Positions 51,110 through 64,000 of a stretch of 64,000 nt of DNA are shown piece after piece; positions within the stretch are counted from its first letter, which is position 1, and each line of letters begins with the position of its first letter. The notes beneath the pieces were generated by a model that saw only the letters and a program-made list of their open reading frames with translations, made no database searches and had not been told where the DNA came from. The stretch spans positions 114,018,001 through 114,082,000 of the forward strand of contig OZ024742.1 of the NCBI GenBank assembly GCA_964016885.1, in the 5' to 3' direction. The position numbers and the translations under genes are program-made. This DNA comes from Eledone cirrhosa. Its lineage: Eukaryota.

Positions 51110-52950
51110 ATATTGCGCAGGACGAGTATCTCAATCTTCCCGGCACTGATTTCATTCCAGCCCTGCAGTTCACTTAAGCAATACCTAAATATCAAATTCT
51201 GCCGATATAAGCAATAAAATGTCTTCCCCAAATTCCAAACGACTGAGTTAACACCTACAGTTTCATACCACCTCCAAAACGGCTGCGCATGTCAATTCTG
51301 TCCATGAAGACAGTGAGCAGGCGAGATGAAAGTATGCACCCTTGACGGTGTCCGAAATGAATATGGAATGGTTCCGATTTAGCACCTTCAATTCGAACAC
51401 AAATATTATAGCATTTCTACAGTCCATCGATCCCATACTCCCGCAGAACCTTCGGAATCTCGTCACGTGGAAGGCGGTCATATGCATTTTGGAGGTTTAC
51501 AAAACAAGAACACATGTATTGGCAACACTCTCCCGATTCCCAAAATACGTGCAGAAGTGTGAATATGTGGTCGCCGGTGCTACATCAGCTAGTTTGTACT
51601 CGGCAATATCTATATCTCTCTTAATATCTCTATATATCTATTTAACAGATACTTAGGATAGACTTTATCGAGGAGGCTTACCAAGGATTTTTTTCTAAAA
51701 ATAGATCAATATCTTATGGGTCCCTTTGTAAATATGGATTATTACTCCAGATCGATTTCCATTGCTTAGTTGCGTTTACAGAGATCCAGGCCACTCAGCA
51801 CGCACCATTCAGCCCGAAATAATCTTCTCTGAGGAAAGCCTATAGTATGTTGGGTCGAATGCCTCCCGCCACGAGTAACCTTGTCAAATTCGATCTCTTT
51901 AATTCCTCTTCTGATCCCAGCACCCAAGAAATTAATCATCGCTCAGATTTGCGCTCCGTGTCTGTCAGACGATGCTCTCATGACTGAGTTTAGAACATCA
52001 CAAACATCCCTCCACCTTACAGGTTTGTACCTCAGAAGACATGAACATCACAGATGCATTTCTGCCAGAAAACCTTGCTGATCTGAATCGGATTCCAGCT
52101 TAACATGAAACTCGTGTTATATCTTAACATTGGACGTCGTTACTGTATCTGTTGCGACTATTCACGCCAGCTCGTACCGCAGTTGCAAGGGGGAGAACTC
52201 TTTAGTTTCTTGGATGGCATCTTTGACCACTTGATTGTATTAATTTTCCCTCTACAACTCTGTACCACAACAAGGCTCTGTCACCGAGATGAATTGTTTC
52301 AATCCATTTCATCTTCCTCGATTTGCTTAGTGAGGACTCTGAATTTGGTTGCAATAGCATCTGCAAATCTGTTCCTGACTTTCTTATATGCCAGCACTTA
52401 CCACTTTGTACTTCAGGTAAAACTGGAGCTGCATGGTTTGTGCCTCTTTTAAATTTAGGTACTCTTGGATTGCATGTAGCGAGAGGCTGATGAGTTGAAA
52501 TCTGATTTCCACATTTAACACAAACATTCTATGACAAATCGAAGTGTTCATGTCTCCAATTCAGGATATACTATGTGTAATCTTTCATCTATTTACACTC
52601 GATACTGTTCCTAATAGAGGTTACTATACTAGAATAGAAAACTAATAAATACTCTCCATCTGTATTTAGAGTGTGATCACCCTTCTATCCATTCATTCCT
52701 TTCCGTCACTGGTAGCCAGTGCCAACAGGTGCATTGGTGGTTTGAAGTATAGTATATCACTCATCCTTAAATATATCTAAAGCTGAAGTGACTTAATTAA
52801 AGAAGGATCTGCATTCAGTCTTTCGGTTCAGTGCATAAACTTGCACCGTTCTCAGAGACATTCCATTCAGCCCTCGATTTTAGAGAAGCATTGTCGGAAA
52901 CAGAGCCACCTCTCCGAATTGACAGATCACAGCTGCGATATTACGGACGT
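51110..52950 (-). mobile_element. RTE-clade LINE internal fragment (same family as 7515 and 9190)
   Basis: NAYDRLPRDEIPKVLREYG, GHRQGCILSSRLLTVFMD; CAGGGCTGGAATGAAA(A)TCAGTGC is shared with 7576. Upstream boundary approximate. Confidence 0.78.
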
Positions 52951-53184
52951 ATAATGAGAATACCACAGAAATAATTCCTGGAAACTTTAACGCCAAATTC
53001 AACCAAAGGGAGACTCGGAGGTAGAATCTGAGCAAGATTGGTGTATAGCATTATTGAATGTCACTGGTACCACTCGGGGATTCGGCTGGATTAATTGGAG
53101 TTTTTCGATCGTCACGGGAACAGGTGGAAAGCGTGATAGAGGATTCTGCCCCAAGAAGAAAAATAAGTATTTAGACTTATATAA

Positions 53185-53712
<528 letters not shown>

Positions 53713-54732
53713 GATACTTAGCTAATGAGTTTGAAACTAGTTCATCGCTCCTTTGTCAGTGTTGAACAGAAAGGCAACGGTGGTTGCCGAACAATGTACG
53801 GCATAATTCGGGCTGTTTATTTACTAACACACCCAACATTATAATAAATGTTCGGTAAACCCATACGTAAATATATATATGTGCGCATGTATATATATAC
53901 ATACTACTGTACGTTTGTATACATATATGTATGTACCTATACATACGTATATATATATATATATTTCTACAATGGATGTTGAAATGATTTATGCTGCTGC
54001 TGATGGTGGTTGTCTAGAGGAAGGTGATTAAAAATGAATAGAATAAACTAAACAATATAATGAGTTAAATTAGAAGACTAACTTCATTGAATAAGTCAGA
54101 AAATGAAAACATGCTTATATTGTTTAAGGAAGTTGCGAAAATTGGTTTTGGAAATGGAATGGAATTTGTTTTCCATCAAATATTAATGAGTCTGGTATTA
54201 AATACAGATAATTTAATGATAAACATATAAACAAAATATATTTTATTGAAGAAATAGAATTATAAAGTAATCAGAATGTCTTGAATATTTTCTTACTTGC
54301 TGTCGTGGTAAGCCGTAATCGTTTAATGTGACGAATAAATTGAAAATATACTGCAAGTATACATATATTTCCTACAGTGACAGTAATTATCAACGACTAT
54401 GCATATATATACAACGATACCTACAACCAGCCAGCCAGCCGTACAGATATTTAAGCATGCTAGAGAAAACTCAATGTAATATCCCAGCATACATGTCTAC
54501 AGATATTTGATATTTACATAGAAATATTTGGATTTGTATCACACTATGTTCATGGTCCTGCCATCTGATATGAATACATGCACACGTGTAAGAAGGAAGG
54601 AAACATAGATATGCATAAACACACAAACCCCATATTTATATATATATTCATATAAATTGATTGAATTCTTGTGTTTGTGGAATCGAGTGTAGGAATATTT
54701 CTGAATATATGCACATGTGTGTGTGTATATAT

Positions 54733-54782
<50 letters not shown>

Positions 54783-54789
54783 AGATCAA

Positions 54790-57150
54790 AAGATGGTTAA
54801 AGGAGTTCCATGTATTTTATTATGCGCATTTCAAAAACAAACATCATCATGCAATAATATTTGTGTTTTCATCAGATAAAACAGAACATGATATGAAGGC
54901 TAAAAAACAATTGTGGATAGTGCAGTTTTAAATCAACATATGAAAAGTGGTTTTAGATTGATGTGTGATATTGGGAAAAATATTTTATTTAGAGAGGGGG
55001 GGAGGATGAAAAAGGGGAGGAGATGAGAGGGAGAGATGGGTGATAGAGAGAAAGAGATAGTTTTTATAACTGAGAGAAGATATATTGTTTTACATAGAGA
55101 GGTTGAAAACCGTTGGAAGATAACGTATAAATTAAAAGAATTTGAAAATTAACGAAGGGAAGATATGTGCGAGGAAAAAAAATGTATTTAGGGAGGGGGG
55201 AAGGATGAAAAAAGGGGGAGGAGATGAGAGTGAAGGTGGAGAGTGAGAGATGGGTGATAGAGAGAAAGAGATAGTTTTTATAACTGAGAAAAGATATATT
55301 GTTTTACATAGAGAGGTTGAGAACCGTTGGAAGATAATGTATAAATTAAAGGAATTTGAAAATTAACGAAGGGAATTTATGTATGAAGATAGAGAGAAAA
55401 AATAATAATTGTGGATGAATATTCTAACGTCAAAAAAAGTGTATGTTGATAAGTATTGTGGCAATTTCAAAATTAACGAAGAGAAAACATTATTAAGGTT
55501 TGTGTGTAGAAGGATTTGAGAAAAATAATGTAAAGTTAAAGTTTGTATATTGAAGGAATTGATAATATATGCGAATAAAGAGTTAATATGTATTAAGAAT
55601 GAGTTCGTTGATGGGGAGAGAAAAAAAAAATAATAATAATAATAAATTAAGGATGAAATTGAGATTAAAATGTTTTATGATAGAGAGAAAAAATAATAAT
55701 AATTGCGGATGAATATTCAAACGTAAAAAAAAAACAAATAAACAAATGTATATGTTATGAAGGATTTTACAAGGTGAAGATAGAAAGAGGGTAATGAGTA
55801 AACAAGTATTATAGAGTGTATAATGCCCTTTGAAGTAAGGTAGGAAGATGGGGGTATTTTAAAGAGGTGTATGTATATGTGCCTTTGAGAAAAGATTCTA
55901 AATTGATAAAGAATTGAATATTAACTGTATACTTCGTGAAAAGTCCTATGGAATTTATGCAGGCAGATAGAAAACAAATCTGTACGTCTATTTATTATAG
56001 AATCTAGGTTAGAGATAATGGTAAATTTTTCATTTAGGCAGAGATTACAGATTTTAGATAGAGAGCTGTTCAAGTATGAGGATGCAGAAGAAACCTTCTT
56101 CCAAAAGATGGTATATTTAATGTTTTTGTCTTTCAAGGACCATATGAGTTCTGAGGGAGCCGTGTTGGTTCTTTTAAGTTTGTATTTGAAAGATGAATGG
56201 TGATTATAGAGACGAGCTTTAAAAGAGGTGGAAGTGGAGCCAAAATAGGTGAAGGAATTGGGGCTAGTTATAATTTTACATTCATAAATTAAGTTTTTAT
56301 CGAGACAATGGTTGTTGAGAGGACATTTATTTTTAATGCGGCAGTTGCAATTAGAGAGATTATTAATGAGTGACCTAGTGTTATCTATAGAAGGAATTGG
56401 ATTGGAGAAGTTGTTTGCGATAGGAATAATAGGAATAATAGTTTCTTGATTTAGAGTTGGATTATGAACATTTAGCGAAGTTGTGTTTGACGTTGTATTT
56501 GGTTTTACAGAAGTTAGCCTAGGGTTTACAATGACGACGTGGAGTACTATTACTGTTATTATGAAATTCAATGTTGGAAGGAAGAGATTTAGTATTTAGT
56601 ATGTTATTGTTGTGTTTAGAGATGATGTTGGAAATATTGGAGGATGTAGAATAAGAAAATTTGATGGTGTGTTTGTTACATATTTTACTATAGATATGTG
56701 AGGGAGGGAAGCATTTATTTAAGGCACTAAAAAATAATTTAGGAATATTGTTATTAATAGAGATGGAGCATTATACCAGATTATGTTTTTGTATCTAGGT
56801 CTTTTATTAAAATTATTGGAATGATCATGATTAATTATTCTACTGTAAGCTTTTCTAGAATTTGTTTCTTTACTATATTTGATTTCATCTGGATAGCCGG
56901 CTTTAGAAAGTGCGTTATTATAGTAATTGGCGTTAGCATCAAAGTTGTTTTTATTAGAAGATATGTTAGATATTCTTTTTCCAATATTACTAACTATAGC
57001 ATTCTTGATATTGGTAGGATGGTTAGATTTAAAGTTAACATGATTTAGGTTCTCATTGTTTTTATGGTAAGGGTAATATAGGCCAGTGTCAAGATTAAGA
57101 GATACATCCAAGAAATTAGCTAGTTTGATACTATTATCAAATTCAATTTT
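54790..57150 (-). mobile_element. Penelope-like element (Naiad-type), 5'-truncated: RT thumb + GIY-YIG + 3' region
   Basis: NFLDVSLNLDTGLYYPYHK..SNHP, IIWYN; CNCRIKNKCPLNNHCL..NLIY..YFGSTSTSFKARLYNH..SF, CNLCLNEK..ICLH. A duplication of about 200 bp lies at about 54985-55380. Confidence 0.9.
54813..54883 (-). ncRNA. Type I hammerhead ribozyme at the 3' end of the PLE
   Basis: UGUUUUAU-CUGAUGA-15-bp stem II (1 mismatch, 2 G-U)-GAAA UGCGCA UA-AUAAAAUA; palindromic AUGCGCAU stem III. Confidence 0.85.
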
Positions 57151-57290
57151 TATATATATATACTTAGGGTAAACATTGATGCAATTCAAATCAAGAACTC
57201 AACGTACTTATTCCACATAGGAGTGACGGAGTAAATATCAAATAAGTAAAAGCGAAGTAGTTTCAGATGTTCAAGTCCTTTAATAATAAT

Positions 57291-57476
57291 TGTTTCTACG
57301 TTAGGCACAGGGCCAGTAATTATCCAGTGCATTACTGGTACTTTATTTTATCGACCCCGTAAGGATGAAAGGCAAAGTCAACCTCAGCGGGATTTGAACT
57401 CAGATCGTAAAGGGACGTAACTATGCTGGAAAGCATGGCGTCCGACCCTCTACCGATACTGCCAGTCCACCGCCCT
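57291..57476 (-). mobile_element. SINE (same family), young full-length copy
   Basis: Intact A and B boxes; flanking direct repeat AGTCCTTTAATAATAAT at 57274-57290 and 57477-57493. Confidence 0.93.
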
Positions 57477-57489
57477 AGTCCTTTAATAA

Positions 57490-58767
57490 TAATGCTGTGA
57501 TATATATTTCAATGGCGAAAGTGGCCACACACTTCTGTGGGCCAGTCTCGCGACATCGTCAGACGGCTGGTTACATAATAAGGTTATGTTTCCGAGGCAA
57601 TCCAAATTGAATCGACATGAGAGGAACCAACCATGAGCTACCCCTGGAAATTCCCTCTACCTTGGGATGGAACCCCCTGACACTGGACGGACATAATAAT
57701 AACTTTCGGCAGGATAAATACGAGGAAACAAAGATAAACCCCGATTTCTCTGCTCCAAATCGCATTTGAACAGAAGCCCCCTCAATTCAACCTATACATG
57801 GACAAATTGACAATAATATGGATCATTTTGCATATATGTACTCTGTGTTTTTGCATTCATTCATTCATTCATTCACTCGTTCATTCACTCATTTATTCAT
57901 TCATTGGTTCTTTTCTTTTGTGTACTTTATATATGTTTTTGTTGATTTTGTTCCATGTGATGGAAACTACGACTATGTACCCGATTGACTACTACCCGTA
58001 ATACTGTAATTTACCCTAAGTTCTACTGTACAGCACCATCGTTCAGTATGTAGATCGTGTAACATTAGGACCCCTTTCAGAACTTCTTACTTAAACATCT
58101 CTCTGCATATTATTTACTCACTTCAATCTATAATTTTTTACTCACCTCAATACGGATTCTCACTTGACAAATCTTTAATTGTTTAATTTCTAATTGTTAA
58201 TTTTTAAATTTATATTTTCTGATACTTGATTTAGGATTTTCGATTTTAAATTGTAATTTTTAGTTCTAATTTCACTTATAACTTCCAATATGAAACTATG
58301 ATACATAGAATTAAATATATCCTCTTAGGGGTTGATGGTCAGTTATACTGCCCATGATTGTGAGAGGTAGTAAAGAGACCTGTAAATACTAACACTCTCC
58401 CATCCCCACTGGCTTTCGGTTGACTGCCATAGACGGGATGGGTAGCAGTAAACTTTGTTGCAGGTTTGAATGGGTGATTGTCTTCATGAGAGAGGGAACT
58501 GACTAAGCAAATTTCGTTTAAATCTGCGGTAGCTAATGGTCAACTTCCCCCGGGACCTGCGCCTGAGCAGACCAGTGGGAGTGAATTGGTACTCACAGGG
58601 GAACGGATGAAGAACCCAAAAGCACATACTTCGTCCGTTCCCATGTCGATTCAATTTGGATTGCCTCGGAAACATAACCTTATTATGTAACAAGATGTCT
58701 GACGATGTCGCGAGACTGGCCCACAGAAGAGTGTGGCCACTTTCGCCATTGAAATATATATCACAGC

Positions 58768-58771
<4 letters not shown>
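57490..58771. mobile_element. Non-autonomous TIR element, about 130-bp TIRs (TAATGCTGTG...CACAGCATTA)
   Basis: 57490-57620 mirrors 58642-58771 with few mismatches; interior non-coding, with (ATTC)n. Confidence 0.88.
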
Positions 58772-58810
<39 letters not shown>

Positions 58811-58859
58811 GAAAAGTGGAGAATAACATGGTCAAAATTACAAGAAAGGGGATTTATTT

Positions 58860-58971
58860 ACAGTCTAACAATTATTTCACTGATAAAAATGTCTAAAAAT
58901 TACTGAACGCTAGAAGCAGTGCCACTCAATTTTAAATACGATGTTAGCTAGATCAGATCTTCAGAAACTGT
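58860..58971 (-). ncRNA. Candidate hammerhead ribozyme with long loop II
   Basis: ACAGUUU-CUGAAGA-uCUGAU..about 65 nt..AUCAGu-GAAAUAAUUGUU-AGACUGU; 7-bp stem I. Confidence 0.55.
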
Positions 58972-59073
58972 TATTGAAATATATGTAACGTTATCTACGT
59001 AAATCTAAAACTATCCTTAATAATAAGTATTCACAACCTCTAACTGGATTACTTATAACGATAGTTTGTTATT

Positions 59074-59112
<39 letters not shown>

Positions 59113-60519
59113 TATGTGTGTGTGTGTGTGTAGAAGAGATATTTAATTTGTTGGAAATCAAACAAATATAGATGTTTAAAACTGAGTCAGAGCACTCAAC
59201 AGCTTTCTGGAGTAAGTATTCAATGATATTAAATAAATGGAAACTATATGTATAAAACCATATTTATTCTATTATATATATTTCAAGGGTACCAACAATT
59301 TTAGTACGCCATCATCAGATAAAATTCAAATTTGTTTATAAATATTTGACATGACCAAGGATAATATACCTTAACGGTTCAAGTTATCCCTGGAAAGTGA
59401 AGGGAAGAGAAAAGAAAAGTCAGATATTTAAAATGATTAATATGAGTCTGAAAATGATGTTTATATTAAAAGGCTGAAAAAACGTTATTTTAGACGCTAT
59501 GGAAAATGTAATTAATTATGATAAGGAAGGAAGAAAAACAGAGAGGAATCAGGTTAATTTGGGGGCAAAAATGTGTTACCTAAATTATGAGTTATAATAT
59601 ACTATATAAATTATAGAAAGACTTGTGGTTGTAAGTATTTTTATGTTATTACATTAGGATAGGTTATATGTATATAAATATCTCTCTATATATTAATAAG
59701 TTACGTAGGTATTGATTGTTTATATAAACAAATATGAGTTACGAAGTGTGTTGAAATTTTATTTTCAAATTGTGAGATTAAAATAATTTGTGGATTCAAA
59801 AATGTATTCAACATTGAGAATGTTTTCAGAATATTGTTAATTTAACGAAGCTATATAAATTATCAAACACAAATTGTTAAAGAAGAAGGAAGCTAAGAAG
59901 AAGGAAAAGGAAGACCACTTTAACGTTAATTTAGGGGATAATATATAACTACATTTATATGGAGAATTATTTATCTTATTATAATAAAATATATATATCT
60001 ATATATATTTTAATAATAGCATATGTATTTTTTTTTATTAAAAGGATAGCTTGTTTATAATATGAGTTACGAGGGATGTTGATTTATAAATAAATAAAAA
60101 ATAAATAGGTGGTTGTTCATAATATAAGTTACTAGGGATGTTGATTTTATGTGAATAAATAGGTAGTTACAATTGATAAGGTTTAAATTAAATTAACGGA
60201 GTTATGTATAACAAGTTTTTATGATTGAAAACAGGAAAGATAACTCCGATTTTTTTTATTAATCGCTAGTATGGGATTAATTATTTAGTCTAAAGAAATA
60301 TGAATATTTAAACATCATCTTGAATAGGATACATTTTACTAAAAACAGTTAATGGTTATTAATCTACATTTAAAAATTAGCTTTAAACGGTGTCATTAGA
60401 AAAATAAAGAATTAAGAAAAAAGAATTAAAGAATTTAAAAAAAATTAAAATTAAAATTAAAATTGAAATTAAAATTAAAATTAAAATTAGAATTATATTG
60501 AAGTACATAATATAGAAGT

Positions 60520-60562
<43 letters not shown>

Positions 60563-60616
60563 TAAACAAATAATGAATAAAACAATGAAACAGTTCCTTA
60601 TATTAAACAAAAAAAG

Positions 60617-60771
60617 TTCATTATTTAACGATCGTTTCTAGGATATATATGTGTTAGAATTGGCATGCATATTCAACAGATCTATGTACAAAATTATACA
60701 AAATTATACAAACTATCAAGATTAAATATACATACCAAACACACATATACGCCGTCTTCAGAAATAATGAA
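60617..60771 (-). ncRNA. Candidate hammerhead ribozyme with very long stem/loop II
   Basis: UUCAUUAUUU-CUGAAGA-..GUAUAUGUGU..ACACAUAUAU..-GAAAC GAUC GUU-AAAUAAUGAA; 10-bp perfect stem I, palindromic ACGAUCGU. Confidence 0.6.
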
Positions 60772-61379
60772 ATATATTTATTGATAATAACAACAATTCA
60801 AAATTTCAGGTCCGTTTGGGAACAAAATTGACCAATGAAAATACACAAGGTTTTATGCAGTTTGGTGTGAGTATATACATGTAACTACCCCGTACACATA
60901 TTTATACAAAGATGTATGCTCAACATGCATACGCATGCCAAAAAGATGCATGCAAATACAAAATTTCAAGGTTAATGTCTCTGTAAGTTTATAATGCACA
61001 GATAAGATGCGTATAGACACATAAATATGAAATAAGTGTATACACATATTCTCATACTCACACATATCCGTACACTCACACACACGCGCGCGTATATGCA
61101 TAAACATACACATAATTACGAACATACACACACACACACACCCCCACACACATATATATATGTGGATATAATATTATCATAAGCACATGGATATTAATTC
61201 ACTCACATAAACACTGCCACACACATCTAGATCAAGATACAGAAATTAGGTGGGAGGGGGGAGAGGTCAGTATTCAACGGTTTGGGCAGACTGCTTATTT
61301 ATAGATGTATCTATAAACTAAGAAATAAAAAATAAAAATTAAAAAGGAAAGAAAAGAAAAAGAAAAAAGAAAAAAGAAA

Positions 61380-61388
61380 TATATCAAG

Positions 61389-61486
<98 letters not shown>

Positions 61487-61568
61487 CACACATCTACACT
61501 TAGAACACACATACACACACATATATAAACATATACATATACACACATACACACATATATACACATAC

Positions 61569-61607
<39 letters not shown>

Positions 61608-62068
61608 TACACATATAATCACACATACATATATAGACACACATATATATACACATACACGCACATATACATACACATACATACTTATATACATACAGAT
61701 ATACACATACATACCTATATATACACACAAATACATACAGACATACATACATACATACACACAAATACTTACGCATCCATATATCGGTATATACATAAAA
61801 ACACCACTACACTCTCACACAACTCAGACATACAAAGAAAAAGGTATATACCTATACACATATACACATATAAATAGAGATACATATACATATATATATA
61901 CATATATACACACATATATATTTATATATATACATACACATATACACACATATATATACATACACATACATACATGTACACACACATACATATACATACA
62001 TACACACATACACACATACATATATAGTCATACACACACATACACACACACATATATATAAAATAAAG

Positions 62069-62099
<31 letters not shown>

Positions 62100-62646
62100 C
62101 ACATATACATAGACATATATGTACATACATACACACACACACATACATATACACACATATATATATATATACACACATAGACACATACATACATACACAC
62201 ACCACATACATACACACACATATATACTCATACATAGACATAGATATATATTCATACATACATACGCACTTACATATACTCATATATACAAATACATACG
62301 CATCCATATATGCGTGTATACATACAAAACCCACTACACTCTCACACAACTCAGACATACAAAGAAAAAGGTATATACATATACATATATACACACATTA
62401 ATAGAGATACATATACACATATATATATATATATATACACATACATTTATATATATACACCCACACACACATACAACCACAAACACACATACAAACACAC
62501 ACATACACACATATATACATACATATATATACACACACACAAAAAACACACATACACATATATATTTTTACACATATATATACATATATATACATATACA
62601 CACCCTCACATATACACACATACACATAAGTTATATTATAATAATA

Positions 62647-62683
<37 letters not shown>

Positions 62684-62716
62684 CGAACATAGACATATAT
62701 ACACACATAGATATAC

Positions 62717-62754
<38 letters not shown>

Positions 62755-63200
62755 TCACATATATATGTGCGCACACGTACATATATACACATACACACAT
62801 ATACACATAAACATATACAGGTGCATACATGTACATACACACATATACCCACATAGATACGAAGATAGACATATATATAGAGAGACATACATATATATAC
62901 ACACATATATATATACACATACATACACACATATATATATATATATATACACACACACATACACGCCCACACACATATACACACATATACACATATATAT
63001 ATATATACATATACACATATATATACACATGCATATATATACATATATATATATATACACACATATATATACACACAATCTTACATTCTTATTTGCATGC
63101 GCATATATGTATTTTTATATTCAGATATAAATACCCAAACATATATACACCTACCTACATATATATTCATACATACACGCTTACAAACACAGATGATAAT
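61380..63200. repeat. Long cryptic (AC/AT) microsatellite field with an internal duplication
   Basis: Unique island CCACTACACTCTCACACAACTCAGACATACAAAGAAAAAGGTATATAC occurs at about 61804 and 62332. Confidence 0.92.
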
Positions 63201-63738
63201 AGTATGGGGGAAAGAGGGGGGGGGGGGTTGGAGAAGGGGTTTATAGTAAATATATGTTTCAAGAAACATAGAATATTATCTGTATCTGGATCCCAATATA
63301 TGTTTTTACATAGTTTCAGTGTTAGGAAATACAAGAAATAAGGCAAAATTATGCATTTCAAAATAAGTATACCATTAATTATATGTTAACTAAACTAAAG
63401 ATAGTTAACATATTGATTTCTAAGGTGTAAATTAGTTAGGTTTATAATATTTGCAGCAGAATTTTGAAGTTAAATAGTAGTAGAGTATTAAAGTTATTAA
63501 CGTTATGGTATCAATATTAGGAAATGAATTTAGTAATAGGGAAAAAACAAATAAAGTATTACATCGGTAGTAGAATATAAATTATAGGTTAACTAAATTA
63601 AAAATTATATATTAATTTCTATAGTATATGTTAATTAGGTATATAATAAATAAAACAGATATTGTATTTTATCAATAGCAGAATATAATTATATGCAAAT
63701 AGAAATCAAAATTAATACATATACATATACATATACAT

Positions 63739-63819
<81 letters not shown>

Positions 63820-63849
63820 TACATACACATACATATACATACATATACA

Positions 63850-64000
63850 TATTTTTTCAAAAATTGCAAAGAATATATTAACTAGGTATACATCCAAAAC
63901 ACATCCCATTCTATGATTACATGACACTCTGCAATCCGTCTGTATAAGGATACTAATTTTGAGCCAATTAAATTAAATTTTTAGGTTGACTAAATTTAAA
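63850..64000 (-). pseudogene. Possible highly decayed PLE RT fragment
   Basis: [20 protein letters not shown] resembles the PLE motif AMGSPLGP.LANIFM..FE. Confidence 0.3.

Noticed and set aside
55921-56571. Selenocysteine recoding, as reported for some Naiad PLEs
   Set aside because: Conserved Cys positions here and at 48466-48900 show no in-frame TGA; no SECIS recognised.
61295-63341. Many long ORFs (YIYI/HTHT/CVCV), also at 13.4-14.1, 42.1, 47.4 and 53.1-53.7 kb
   Set aside because: Translations of stop-free dinucleotide microsatellites.

Overview
Eukaryotic, AT-rich, microsatellite-laden and transposon-dense DNA with no intact host gene I can support. The tRNA-headed SINE family and (TA)n/(CA)n load look cephalopod (octopod)-like, which is an inference. 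It holds two decayed Helitrons on the minus strand; the first is joined head-to-tail (CTAG|TC) to another copy that runs off the left edge. There are three Penelope-like elements (one Neptune-type, two Naiad-type), four RTE-clade LINE fragments, a Tx1/L1-type LINE, about 8 SINE copies, several MITE/foldback elements and three adjacent palindromes. The less obvious signals are three. (i) At least four well-formed type I hammerhead ribozyme folds plus several degenerate ones, almost all on the minus strand; two have unusually long stem II inserts. (ii) A near-perfect 345-bp palindrome whose axis appears to be the stem II loop of a hammerhead. (iii) The 'background' between the TEs (about 6.5-9, 15-19.7, 23-27.5, 31-32.6 and 43.5-45.5 kb) repeatedly shows long stop-poor frames with no family I recognise, possibly a fossil gene-dense viral or giant mobile element. 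All calls come from reading by eye. Most long ORFs in the track are microsatellite artefacts.
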